From the NCBI GenBank assembly GCA_030430155.1, contig JAUIFV010000154.1:1-11963 (forward strand): a stretch of 11,963 nt of DNA. The letters run 5' to 3'. Numbering within the stretch: position 1 is the stretch's first letter; every line of letters begins with the position of its first letter. The notes below the pieces were generated by a model that saw only the letters and a program-made list of their open reading frames with translations, did not search any database and was not told the origin of the DNA. The position numbers and the translations under genes are program-made. Origin of the DNA: Gammaproteobacteria bacterium. GTDB taxonomy: Bacteria > Pseudomonadota > Gammaproteobacteria > Xanthomonadales > SZUA-5. Below, one piece after another: positions 5,312 through 11,963 of the stretch.

Positions 5312-5806
5312 CTACGCCGGCTCAAACCGCAAGGCCACCCCATTCATGCAATAGCGCAGCCCGGTCGGCGGCGGGCCGTCGGTGAAGACGTGGCCGAGGT
5401 GGCCACCGCAGCGGCGGCAGTGCACTTCGGTGCGGACCATGAACCAGCCGCGGTCCTCGCGTTCACCCACCGCGTTGGGCAGCGGCTGATAGAAGCTCGG
5501 CCAGCCGGTGCCGGACTCGTACTTGGTCTTGGCGTCGAACAGCGGCAGATCGCAGCCGGCGCAATGGAACACGCCGGCGCGCTTTTCGTCATTCAGCGGG
5601 CTGGTGCCGGCGCGTTCGGTGGCCTCTTCGCGCAGCACCGCATAGGCCTTCGGCGACAGCCGCTCGCGCCACTGCTCCTCACTCAAGGTGAACTCAAACT
5701 GCTCGGCCTCGCTGGCCTTGGCTCCCTTACCCAACAGCGCCATCGTGGTTCCTCCTGCGCTCAGCCAAAGTGCTGAGCTGAGTATGTTCCTGCGGTTCAT
5801 CATCAT
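5312..5806 (-). CDS. msrB: Peptide-methionine (R)-S-oxide reductase MsrB (SelR domain). The long form carries a Tat-like signal peptide. An alternative internal start at 5743 would give a typical cytoplasmic MsrB of about 143 aa.
   Basis: Two CxxC zinc pairs are present (HCAGCD.., HCRRCGG) with the catalytic region RYCMNGVAL. The N-terminus MMMNRRNILSSALWLSAGGTTMALLGKGAKA-SE has an RR motif and AxA site. GGAG lies 5 nt before the MMM start. AGGAGG lies 7 nt before the internal ATG (Met22). Confidence 0.85.
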   Translation of the reverse strand: MMMNRRNILSSALWLSAGGTTMALLGKGAKASEAEQFEFTLSEEQWRERLSPKAYAVLREEATERAGTSPLNDEKRAGVFHCAGCDLPLFDAKTKYESGTGWPSFYQPLPNAVGEREDRGWFMVRTEVHCRRCGGHLGHVFTDGPPPTGLRYCMNGVALRFEPA

Positions 5807-5968
5807 CCAAACTCCAAACTGCTTCGGTAGGCGAGTTTCCGCCTTCGCTACGACATAGACCGGGCTGCCGTCGCGGCGATCACACGCTCAAGACCCAACG
5901 ACCGTGATCGGCATATCTCATGCCCGCCGATCATTTCCCCGTCGGGCAGCGCAGGTTCAGGCTCTACG

Positions 5969-5982
5969 GACGTCTAGACGTC
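5969..5982. promoter_or_regulatory. Perfect 14-bp palindrome GACGTCTAGACGTC. It sits immediately upstream of the cysJ start and RBS.
   Basis: It is an exact dyad, located 18 bp before the proposed GTG start at 6000. Confidence 0.3.
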
Positions 5983-5999
5983 TGCAATGGAGCCAAGCC

Positions 6000-7760
6000 G
6001 TGAGCGCTGTAACCAAGCCACCTGCCGCCGAAGTGCTGGAGCGAGTCGACCAGGCCCTGACCGGGCTCGCCTCGGACAATCTGATTTGGCTCAGCGGCTA
6101 TTTGTACGGTCTGGCTCGTCAGCCTGGCGTCGACAGCGCCGCGGCGCCGGCGGTGGCCAGCGTCGATGTCTATTACGGCTCACAGACCGGCAATGCACGC
6201 CGCCTGGCTGAGGGTCTGGCCGAAGCGCTCAAGGCCGACGGTCGGTCGGCGCGGCTGAAGTCGCTGGGCGAGATTCGCCCGCGTGATTTGCGCGAGGTGG
6301 AGCAGGCGCTGTTTGTGGTCTCCACCCAGGGTGACGGTGAACCGCCCGAGGACTGCCGCGACTTTTTTGCCGCGCTGGACAGCGACCGCGCGCCTCAGCT
6401 GGCCAAGCTGCAGTTCGCCGTGCTCGGCCTGGGCGACTCCAGCTACCCGCAGTTCTGCGCCACCGCCAAGCAGCTGGACTCGCGTCTGCAGGCTTTGGGC
6501 GGCAGCCGCACCCAGGACCGGCTGGACGCCGACCTGGACTATGCGCGCAGCGCCAAGGTCTGGCTGCAGCGCTGGCAGGACCTGCTGCCGGCTGCGGCCG
6601 CGCCGGCACCAACGAAGCTCGCCGCGAGCATCGCGACCTCCCGCCGCAGCGGCCCCGATGCGCCGGTCAGCGCCGAGGTGCTCAGCAACATTCCGCTCAC
6701 CGCGCCCGGCTCGCTGCGTGAGGTGCGCCATCTGGAGCTGGCTTTCGACCCTGCCCTGCTCAGCTATCAGCCGGGCGACGCGCTGGGCCTGCGCTTTAGC
6801 AATCCGTCGCAGCTGGTCGAACCGGTGCTCGCCGCACTGGGTCGGTCGGGCGAGCAGCTGATCGCCCGCGACGGCCGCGAGGCGACCCTGCAGCAGTGGC
6901 TGACGGTAGAGCTGGAGCTCAGCCGCCTCAGCCGGCCGCTGATCGTTGCCTTCGCCGAAGCCACCGGCGCGACCGAGTTGCAGGCGCTGCTGGCGCCCAC
7001 CGCCGGCGAGCAGCTGCGCGAGTTTCTGCGCAGCTCGCAGCTGATCGATCTGCTCACCCGCTATCCCGGCGCCGTCGGCGCCGAGCAGCTGGTCGATCTG
7101 CTGCCGCCGCTGCAGCATCGCTTGTATTCGATCGCGTCCAGTCCAAAGCGCTACGCCGACGAGGTGCATCTGACCGTGGCCCTGCGCAGCGATCAGCGCG
7201 GCGAACGCACGGCTTACGGTGCCTGCTCTACCGCGGTGGCGGGGCTGCAAAGCGGCGACGAAGTCGGCGTCTGGGTGGAACGCAACGAACACTTCCGCCT
7301 GCCCACAGACGACAGCCGCGACGTGATCATGATCGGACCGGGCACCGGTGTGGCGCCCTTCCGCGGCTTCCTGCAGCAGCGCATCGAGAGCGCCGCCGGC
7401 GGGCGCAACTGGCTGGTCTTTGGCGCCCGCAAGCGCTTCACCGATTTCCTCTACCAGACCGAATGGCAGGACGCCCTCAAGCGCGGCCAGCTCGATCGCT
7501 TGTCGCTGGCCTTCTCCCGCGACGGCGAGCAGCGCACCTACGTGCAGGACCGCCTGCGCGCCGAGGGCGCCGAATTCTACGCTTGGCTCCGCGGCGGCGC
7601 CCACGTCTACCTCTGCGGCGACGCCTTCGATATGGCGCCGGCAGTCGAGGCCGCGATCATCGAAATCATCGCCGAACACGGCCAGCTGGAAGCCGAACAG
7701 GCCGCCGAGGCCTTCGCCCAGCTGCGGCGGGAGGGGCGGTGGTTGGTGGATGTGTATTAG
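6000..7760 (+). CDS. cysJ: Sulfite reductase [NADPH] flavoprotein alpha subunit CysJ (flavodoxin domain plus FAD/NADPH domain). The start is uncertain: a GTG at 6000 with a GGAG 7 nt upstream, or the ATG at 5904.
   Basis: The flavodoxin motif VYYGSQTGNARRLAEGL..STQGDGEPPE is present. The FAD/NADPH motifs RLYSIASS, GPGTGVAPFRGF and the C-terminal ..WLVDVY are also present. The protein is collinear with E. coli CysJ starting from the ..LIWLSGYLYG region. Confidence 0.9.
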   Translation: MSAVTKPPAAEVLERVDQALTGLASDNLIWLSGYLYGLARQPGVDSAAAPAVASVDVYYGSQTGNARRLAEGLAEALKADGRSARLKSLGEIRPRDLREVEQALFVVSTQGDGEPPEDCRDFFAALDSDRAPQLAKLQFAVLGLGDSSYPQFCATAKQLDSRLQALGGSRTQDRLDADLDYARSAKVWLQRWQDLLPAAAAPAPTKLAASIATSRRSGPDAPVSAEVLSNIPLTAPGSLREVRHLELAFDPALLSYQPGDALGLRFSNPSQLVEPVLAALGRSGEQLIARDGREATLQQWLTVELELSRLSRPLIVAFAEATGATELQALLAPTAGEQLREFLRSSQLIDLLTRYPGAVGAEQLVDLLPPLQHRLYSIASSPKRYADEVHLTVALRSDQRGERTAYGACSTAVAGLQSGDEVGVWVERNEHFRLPTDDSRDVIMIGPGTGVAPFRGFLQQRIESAAGGRNWLVFGARKRFTDFLYQTEWQDALKRGQLDRLSLAFSRDGEQRTYVQDRLRAEGAEFYAWLRGGAHVYLCGDAFDMAPAVEAAIIEIIAEHGQLEAEQAAEAFAQLRREGRWLVDVY

Positions 7761-7761
7761 C

Positions 7762-7965
7762 GAGGAGCGAAGAAAGGGCCCAGTAGCTAGGAGCGAAGAA
7801 AGGGCCCAGGGCCCAGAGGGGCAACAACGGAGCGGCTTCGCTCTTACTGGGCCCTAAGCCCTGTGCCCTGGGCCCTTCAGCTGGGGCCCGGAGCCCAGAG
7901 GCGCAACAACGAAGCGGCTTCGCTTTCGCTCTTACTGGGCCCTAAGCCCTGGGCCCTGGGCCCTC
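7762..7965. repeat. Repeat cluster of the GGGCCCT family in the cysJ-cysI intergenic gap. It holds two direct copies of aggagcgaagaaagggcccag, then two copies of a unit of about 60 bp (cccagagg.gcaacaacg.agcggcttcgct..cttactgggccctaagccctg.gccctgggccc).
   Basis: Direct repeats are seen at 7768-7789/7789-7810 and at 7811-7875/7893-7965. Each has an internal hairpin (gagcg-gctt-cgctc) and the same right-arm motif as at 3129-3160. Confidence 0.7.
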
Positions 7966-7979
7966 GTCAAGGAACCAAC

Positions 7980-9686
7980 ATGACCGCAACAAACCACAAC
8001 CCAACACCATCCCCCGTCGAAGCCATAAAGAAATCCAGCCAAGGCCTCCGCGGCACGCTGGCTGAGAGCCTGGCTGACGCGCATACCGCCGGGGTGCGGG
8101 AGGACGATGGGCAGTTGATCAAGCTGCACGGGATCTATCAGCAGGATGATCGCGAGCTGCGCGAGCAGCGCCGGCAGCGCAAGCTGGAGCCGGCGATCAG
8201 CTTCATGATCCGGGTGCGGCTGCCGGGCGGGGTGTGCACGCCGATGCAGTGGCAGGCGATGGACGCGCTGGCCGATCGCTACGGCAACGGCACGCTGAAG
8301 CTGACCACCAGACAGACTTTCGAGTTGCAGGGGGTGATCAAGGAGGAACTGGCAGCCACGCTGCAGGCGATGGACCGCGCCCTGCTCGACTCCATTGCCG
8401 CCTGCGGCGACGTTAACCGCAACGTGCTGTGCAGCGCCCAGCCGGAGCACTCCCGGCTGCACGCCCAGGTGCATCGGTGCTCGGTGGACTTGAGCGAGCA
8501 TCTGCTGCCCAAGACCCGCGCCTATCACGAGATCTTCTTAGGCCGCGAGCGAGTCGCCGGTGGCGAGGTGGAGGCCGAACCGATATATGGCGAGACCTAC
8601 CTGCCGCGCAAGTTCAAGACGGTCATCGCGGTGCCGCCGTACAACGATGTGGATCTGTACGCCCACGACCTGGGCTTCATCGCCATTGCCGACGGCGATG
8701 AGCTGCACGGCTTCAATCTGGCCGTCGGCGGCGGCATGGGCACCAGTCACGGCGAGCCGGCGACCTTTCCACGTCTGGCCGATGTGATCGGCTTTCTTAA
8801 GCCCGATCAGCTGCTGCAGGTGGCCACGACGGTGGTCGAGATCCAGCGCGACTTTGGCGATCGCAGCAACCGCAAGCACGCGCGGCTGAAGTACACCATC
8901 GCCGACCGCGGCGTGGAGTGGTTCACGTCCGAGCTGAGCAAGCGGCTGGGCTACGCGTTGCCACCGCCCAAGCCCTTCGTGTTCCTGCATCAGGGCGACC
9001 GCTTCGGCTGGCAGCGTGACAGCGCCGGCCGTTGGCAGCTTACCGTGCGCATCGAAGGCGGGCGGGTGCAGGATGCCGACGGGATCAACCTGCGCAGCGG
9101 GCTCGGTGAGTTGATGCAGATCCACACGGGCCGGCTGCGCATCACCCCGAATCAGAACCTGGTCATCGCCGATATAGCCGATACGCAGCGGGACCAAGTC
9201 GACCAGCTGTTGAAGCGGCACGGCGTGCTCGATCCGCTGGCCTGGTCACCGCTGCGCCGCGACGCCCTGGCCTGCGTGGCGCTGCCGCTGTGTCCGCTGG
9301 CGATGGCCGAAGGTGAGCGCTGGCTGCCGCAGCTGGGCCAGGCCGTAGACGCCCTGCTGGCCAAGCACGGACTGGCCAATCAGCCGCTCAGCCTGCGTAT
9401 CACCGGCTGCCCCAACGGCTGTGCGCGACCCTATCTGGCCGAAATCGGCCTGATCGGCAAGGCGCCCGGTCTGTACAACCTGCTGCTCGGCGGCGACCGG
9501 GTCGGCCAGCGGCTCAACGCGCTGTATCGCGAGAGCGTCGACGAAGCCACCCTGATGGCCGAGCTGGACCAGCTGTTTGCGCGCTGGGCCGGCGAACGCC
9601 AGCCGGAAGAGTCCTTCGGCGATTTTGTGCGCCGAGTTGATCTGGTTTCCGGCACCAGCCCCCATCCGCTATCCGAGGCCGCCTGA
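7980..9686 (+). CDS. cysI: Sulfite reductase hemoprotein beta subunit CysI (siroheme, 4Fe-4S)
   Basis: The ATG at 7980 is preceded by aaggaa. The protein is collinear with E. coli CysI (HGIYQQDDRE.., TYLPRKFKT.., and the cluster cysteines ACVALPLCPLAMAE ... TGCPNGCARP). The ORF-track start at 7863 lies inside the repeat cluster and is rejected. Confidence 0.92.
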   Translation: MTATNHNPTPSPVEAIKKSSQGLRGTLAESLADAHTAGVREDDGQLIKLHGIYQQDDRELREQRRQRKLEPAISFMIRVRLPGGVCTPMQWQAMDALADRYGNGTLKLTTRQTFELQGVIKEELAATLQAMDRALLDSIAACGDVNRNVLCSAQPEHSRLHAQVHRCSVDLSEHLLPKTRAYHEIFLGRERVAGGEVEAEPIYGETYLPRKFKTVIAVPPYNDVDLYAHDLGFIAIADGDELHGFNLAVGGGMGTSHGEPATFPRLADVIGFLKPDQLLQVATTVVEIQRDFGDRSNRKHARLKYTIADRGVEWFTSELSKRLGYALPPPKPFVFLHQGDRFGWQRDSAGRWQLTVRIEGGRVQDADGINLRSGLGELMQIHTGRLRITPNQNLVIADIADTQRDQVDQLLKRHGVLDPLAWSPLRRDALACVALPLCPLAMAEGERWLPQLGQAVDALLAKHGLANQPLSLRITGCPNGCARPYLAEIGLIGKAPGLYNLLLGGDRVGQRLNALYRESVDEATLMAELDQLFARWAGERQPEESFGDFVRRVDLVSGTSPHPLSEAA

Positions 9687-10438
9687 TGACTCTGTTCAGC
9701 CCCTGTGACGAACTGCTGGCCGAATCCAGCGCCGAACTGCTGCTAAGCGAACCCGGCGCGCAGTGCTTGAGAAACTACAACAGACAGCTGGCCGAGCTGA
9801 GCGCCGAGCAGCGTGTGCGTTGGGCACTCGACCACCTGCCCGGCAGCTTCGTGCTCAGCTCCAGCTTCGGCGCGCAGTCGGCGCTGCTGCTGCACATGGT
9901 CACCCGGATCCGGCCGCAGCTGCCGGTGGTGGTGGTCGATACCGGCTATCTGTTCCCGGACACCTACCGCTTCATCGATCAGCTCACCGAGCGTCTGCAG
10001 CTGAACCTGGTGGTCGCCAGACCGGCACATTCGCCGGCCTGGTATCTGGCCCGCCACGGTGAACTGTGGAGCCAGGGCGTGGACGGAATCCAGACTTACA
10101 ACCGACTGCACAAGGTCGAACCCATGCAGCAGGCCCTGGAGCAGCTCGATTGCGGTACCTGGATCGCCGGCTTGCGTCGCGATCAGTCGTCCAGCCGAGC
10201 TGAGATCCAGCCGCTGGCGGTGCACAACGGCCGCTACAAGCTGCACCCCATCTTCGACTGGAGCGATCGCCAGATCGGCCGCTATCTGAGCGAGCACGAA
10301 CTGCCCTACCACCCGCTGTGGGAGCAGGGCTATGTGTCCATCGGCGACACCCACACCACCGCCCCGCTGGGCGAAGGCATGAGCGCCGAGCAAACGCGCT
10401 TTTTCGGCGTGAAGCGGGAGTGCGGGCTGCACGAGTAG
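9686..10438 (+). CDS. cysH: Phosphoadenosine-phosphosulfate (PAPS) reductase CysH, of the E. coli type
   Basis: The motif LSSSFGAQSALLLHMV (PP-loop) is present, and the C-terminus ..RFFGVKRECGLHE matches the E. coli ECGLH motif. Its ATG overlaps the cysI TGA by 1 nt (TGATG), which indicates translational coupling. Confidence 0.92.
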   Translation: MTLFSPCDELLAESSAELLLSEPGAQCLRNYNRQLAELSAEQRVRWALDHLPGSFVLSSSFGAQSALLLHMVTRIRPQLPVVVVDTGYLFPDTYRFIDQLTERLQLNLVVARPAHSPAWYLARHGELWSQGVDGIQTYNRLHKVEPMQQALEQLDCGTWIAGLRRDQSSSRAEIQPLAVHNGRYKLHPIFDWSDRQIGRYLSEHELPYHPLWEQGYVSIGDTHTTAPLGEGMSAEQTRFFGVKRECGLHE

Positions 10439-10536
10439 GCTGTCCCAGGGTTCGGACCGCAGTGTCGCCAAGCTGCGACAGTGCGCCGGCAGGCGAATAG
10501 CAAAGTCCTTAACGATCAATGACGTAGATCGTTGGC

Positions 10537-11963
10537 ATGATGCGTGTAAGGACTGGCGCAACCTTAGCTGCGCGAGTCCTGCTCATGTTGATCCCATCCC
10601 TGCTGCTTAGCGCCTGCGTGGCCTCCACCGCGATGCCCGAAGCCGAGTTGTATTGGTCCAATAACCCGGAGACCAAGGCGCTCAAGGCTGGCGCCACCGA
10701 GAGCCACTACCGCATCGGTATGACCCGTTCCCAGCTGGACGCCGAGTTCAGCACCCAGCTGGGTCTGGGTCGGCAGCTGGTCGACATCGAAATGCAGTTC
10801 AACGGCAGCGCCAACGTCTTCGCTGGCGTCTGGAAGCCGGTCAACGGGCTGGTGTTTCCATTGTTCGAAGCCACCCAGGCGCAGTACGACGACTGGCTGT
10901 CCGACATGGCTGCGCGCAACGGGCGTTTCCTCGATGTAGAGATCACCGTGCGCAACGGCGCCTACCGATTCAACGGATTGTTTGTGCAGGACGGCGACGA
11001 TTATGACCACGACATCCGCACCCGGCGCAGCGAGTCTGCCTTTCGCGATCTGCTTGCCGGCCACGCCCGCGATGGCTACCAGCTGATCGACATCGAGGTT
11101 GGTCCCAATAACTCCACCGGGGCGACCATCTTCAGCGGGGTGTGGGTGCGTCACCCCAACCAGCCGAAAACCGCGGTGATTTATGACCTGGAGCCGGCCG
11201 AGTTCAGCGATCTGCTCAATCCGATGTCCGGTCGGGTGCTGGATGTGGAGCGCTACGCCAGCGATCTGCACGGTGAGACCCGCTACGCAATCATTTTCGC
11301 GATGGTTCCCGGCGGCACCTGGCGGGTGGCGCGCGGGGTCAGTCAGTCCACTCTGGCGACGCTGCAGAACAGCACCGCCGACGCCGACACCTTTCTGATC
11401 GATCTGGATCCCAACCCCTCGGTATCGAACTTCGATGCGGTCTGGGGCGAGCAGCCCAAGTCGCTCCGTGAGGTGGCGCCGATCGCCGCCGAAACCAACC
11501 TGCTCGCCCCGTCGGCGACGCTGCAGAATCTGATCAGCGCTTATGAAACCGGCGGTGACCGCAGCAACATCGTCGGGCTCTACGCGCGCAACCTGCGCAC
11601 CGGGACCAGCGTCGGCTGGCGCATGGACGAGTTCTTCCCGCTGGCCTCGCTGATGAAGTCCGCGGTGCACTTCCGGTTCTGGAATGCGGTGGGCAATGGC
11701 GATCTGAACGCGCTATCGGCCGCGCAGTACACCCGTTCGCTGAACGAACGCGACGATTGGTTCTGCGGCAATGGATCTGATGGTCGGTTGAGTTCGAGCA
11801 ACTTCGGTCAGAGCTTCACCCTGGATCGCTACTCGCGCTTCATGATGGAGGTGTCCGACAACGCCGCGACCTCGCTGCTGGTCGACCATCCCAGCTTCGG
11901 CACCGCCAATCTGGATCACACCCTGACCGAATGGCTGGCGTCGATGGATGGCGTGGGTCGCGG
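10537..11963 (+). CDS. Lipoprotein, partial because it runs off the 3' end of the window. It has a lipobox (LLSAC), then four tandem BamE/BLIP-like repeats of about 50 aa, then a class-A beta-lactamase-like serine-hydrolase domain (SxxK and SDN motifs present).
   Basis: The frame is open from 10537 (ATGATG; alternative ATG at 10585) to the window edge. It is missing from the ORF track only because no stop codon falls inside the window. Motifs include the signal ..LAARVLLMLIPSLLLSAC and GMTRSQLDAEF, matching the BamE/BLIP motif GMTxxQV. Repeats such as YQLIDIEV..IFSGVW are present. The serine-hydrolase motifs are FPLASLMKS and MMEVSDNAATSLL, a TEM-like SDN loop. Confidence 0.7.
   Translation, partial: MMRVRTGATLAARVLLMLIPSLLLSACVASTAMPEAELYWSNNPETKALKAGATESHYRIGMTRSQLDAEFSTQLGLGRQLVDIEMQFNGSANVFAGVWKPVNGLVFPLFEATQAQYDDWLSDMAARNGRFLDVEITVRNGAYRFNGLFVQDGDDYDHDIRTRRSESAFRDLLAGHARDGYQLIDIEVGPNNSTGATIFSGVWVRHPNQPKTAVIYDLEPAEFSDLLNPMSGRVLDVERYASDLHGETRYAIIFAMVPGGTWRVARGVSQSTLATLQNSTADADTFLIDLDPNPSVSNFDAVWGEQPKSLREVAPIAAETNLLAPSATLQNLISAYETGGDRSNIVGLYARNLRTGTSVGWRMDEFFPLASLMKSAVHFRFWNAVGNGDLNALSAAQYTRSLNERDDWFCGNGSDGRLSSSNFGQSFTLDRYSRFMMEVSDNAATSLLVDHPSFGTANLDHTLTEWLASMDGVGR

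Noticed and set aside
6180-7786. Long ORFs overlapping cysJ (6180-7679 minus, 499 aa, and 6896-7786 plus, 296 aa)
   Set aside because: They are alternative frames of a confidently identified cysJ. They are Arg/Ala-rich with no motifs. This is a high-GC artefact.
7863-7979. Upstream extension of cysI to the start at 7863
   Set aside because: The extension translates the GGGCCCT repeat cluster (..LGPGAQRRNNEAASLSLLLGPKPWALGPRQ..). The ATG at 7980 has an RBS (aaggaa) and aligns with the CysI N-terminus.
10564-11670. The 368-aa minus-strand ORF listed in the track
   Set aside because: It is antisense to the lipoprotein/beta-lactamase-like gene, which has a signal peptide and catalytic motifs. 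The minus ORF is low-complexity and Gly/Arg/Ala-rich, as is typical of GC-rich antisense frames.
1-11963. CRISPR array, cas genes, restriction-modification, toxin-antitoxin or other canonical defence modules
   Set aside because: There are no regularly spaced direct repeats with unique spacers. There are no nuclease, ATPase or methyltransferase motifs in any frame that I could recognise. The repeats present are palindromic and REP-like, or have MITE-like terminal inverted repeats.

Overview
This is a high-GC (about 65-68%) proteobacterial chromosomal segment. Seven well-supported protein genes were found, plus one gene running off the 3' edge of the window. The first is a soluble SPFH/band-7 protein (1772-2905, +). 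A minus-strand group follows: PQQ-dependent sugar dehydrogenase (3167-4300), a small molybdopterin oxidoreductase (4362-5045) and MsrB (5312-5806). Diverging from msrB is an E. coli-type cysJ-cysI-cysH sulfate-assimilation operon (about 6000-10438, +). A lipoprotein gene starts at about 10537/10585 and runs off the window end. No ORF in the first 1.77 kb is convincing. That stretch holds three roughly 130-bp inverted-repeat (MITE/REP-like) elements and a near-consensus sigma70 promoter feeding a roughly 245-nt transcript that ends in a strong intrinsic terminator. It also holds an AT-rich, GATC-dense block and a tRNA-Lys(UUU)-like gene. That gene's acceptor stem cannot pair, and it is fused head-to-tail to a 3' tRNA fragment with an encoded CCA. 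Together these look like the scar of one or more mobile-element insertions next to a tRNA. A second repeat family, built from GGGCCCT-type heptamers arranged as inverted arms with G-quadruplex potential, fills three intergenic gaps, including a 219-bp gap between cysJ and cysI. I do not see a canonical multi-gene defence or other known 'system'. The most unusual items are the chimeric tRNA locus, the SPFH protein with a triplicated N-terminal motif, and the lipoprotein that fuses BamE/BLIP-like tandem repeats to a class-A beta-lactamase-like domain. All product calls rest on motifs I recognise in the translations; no database search was run.
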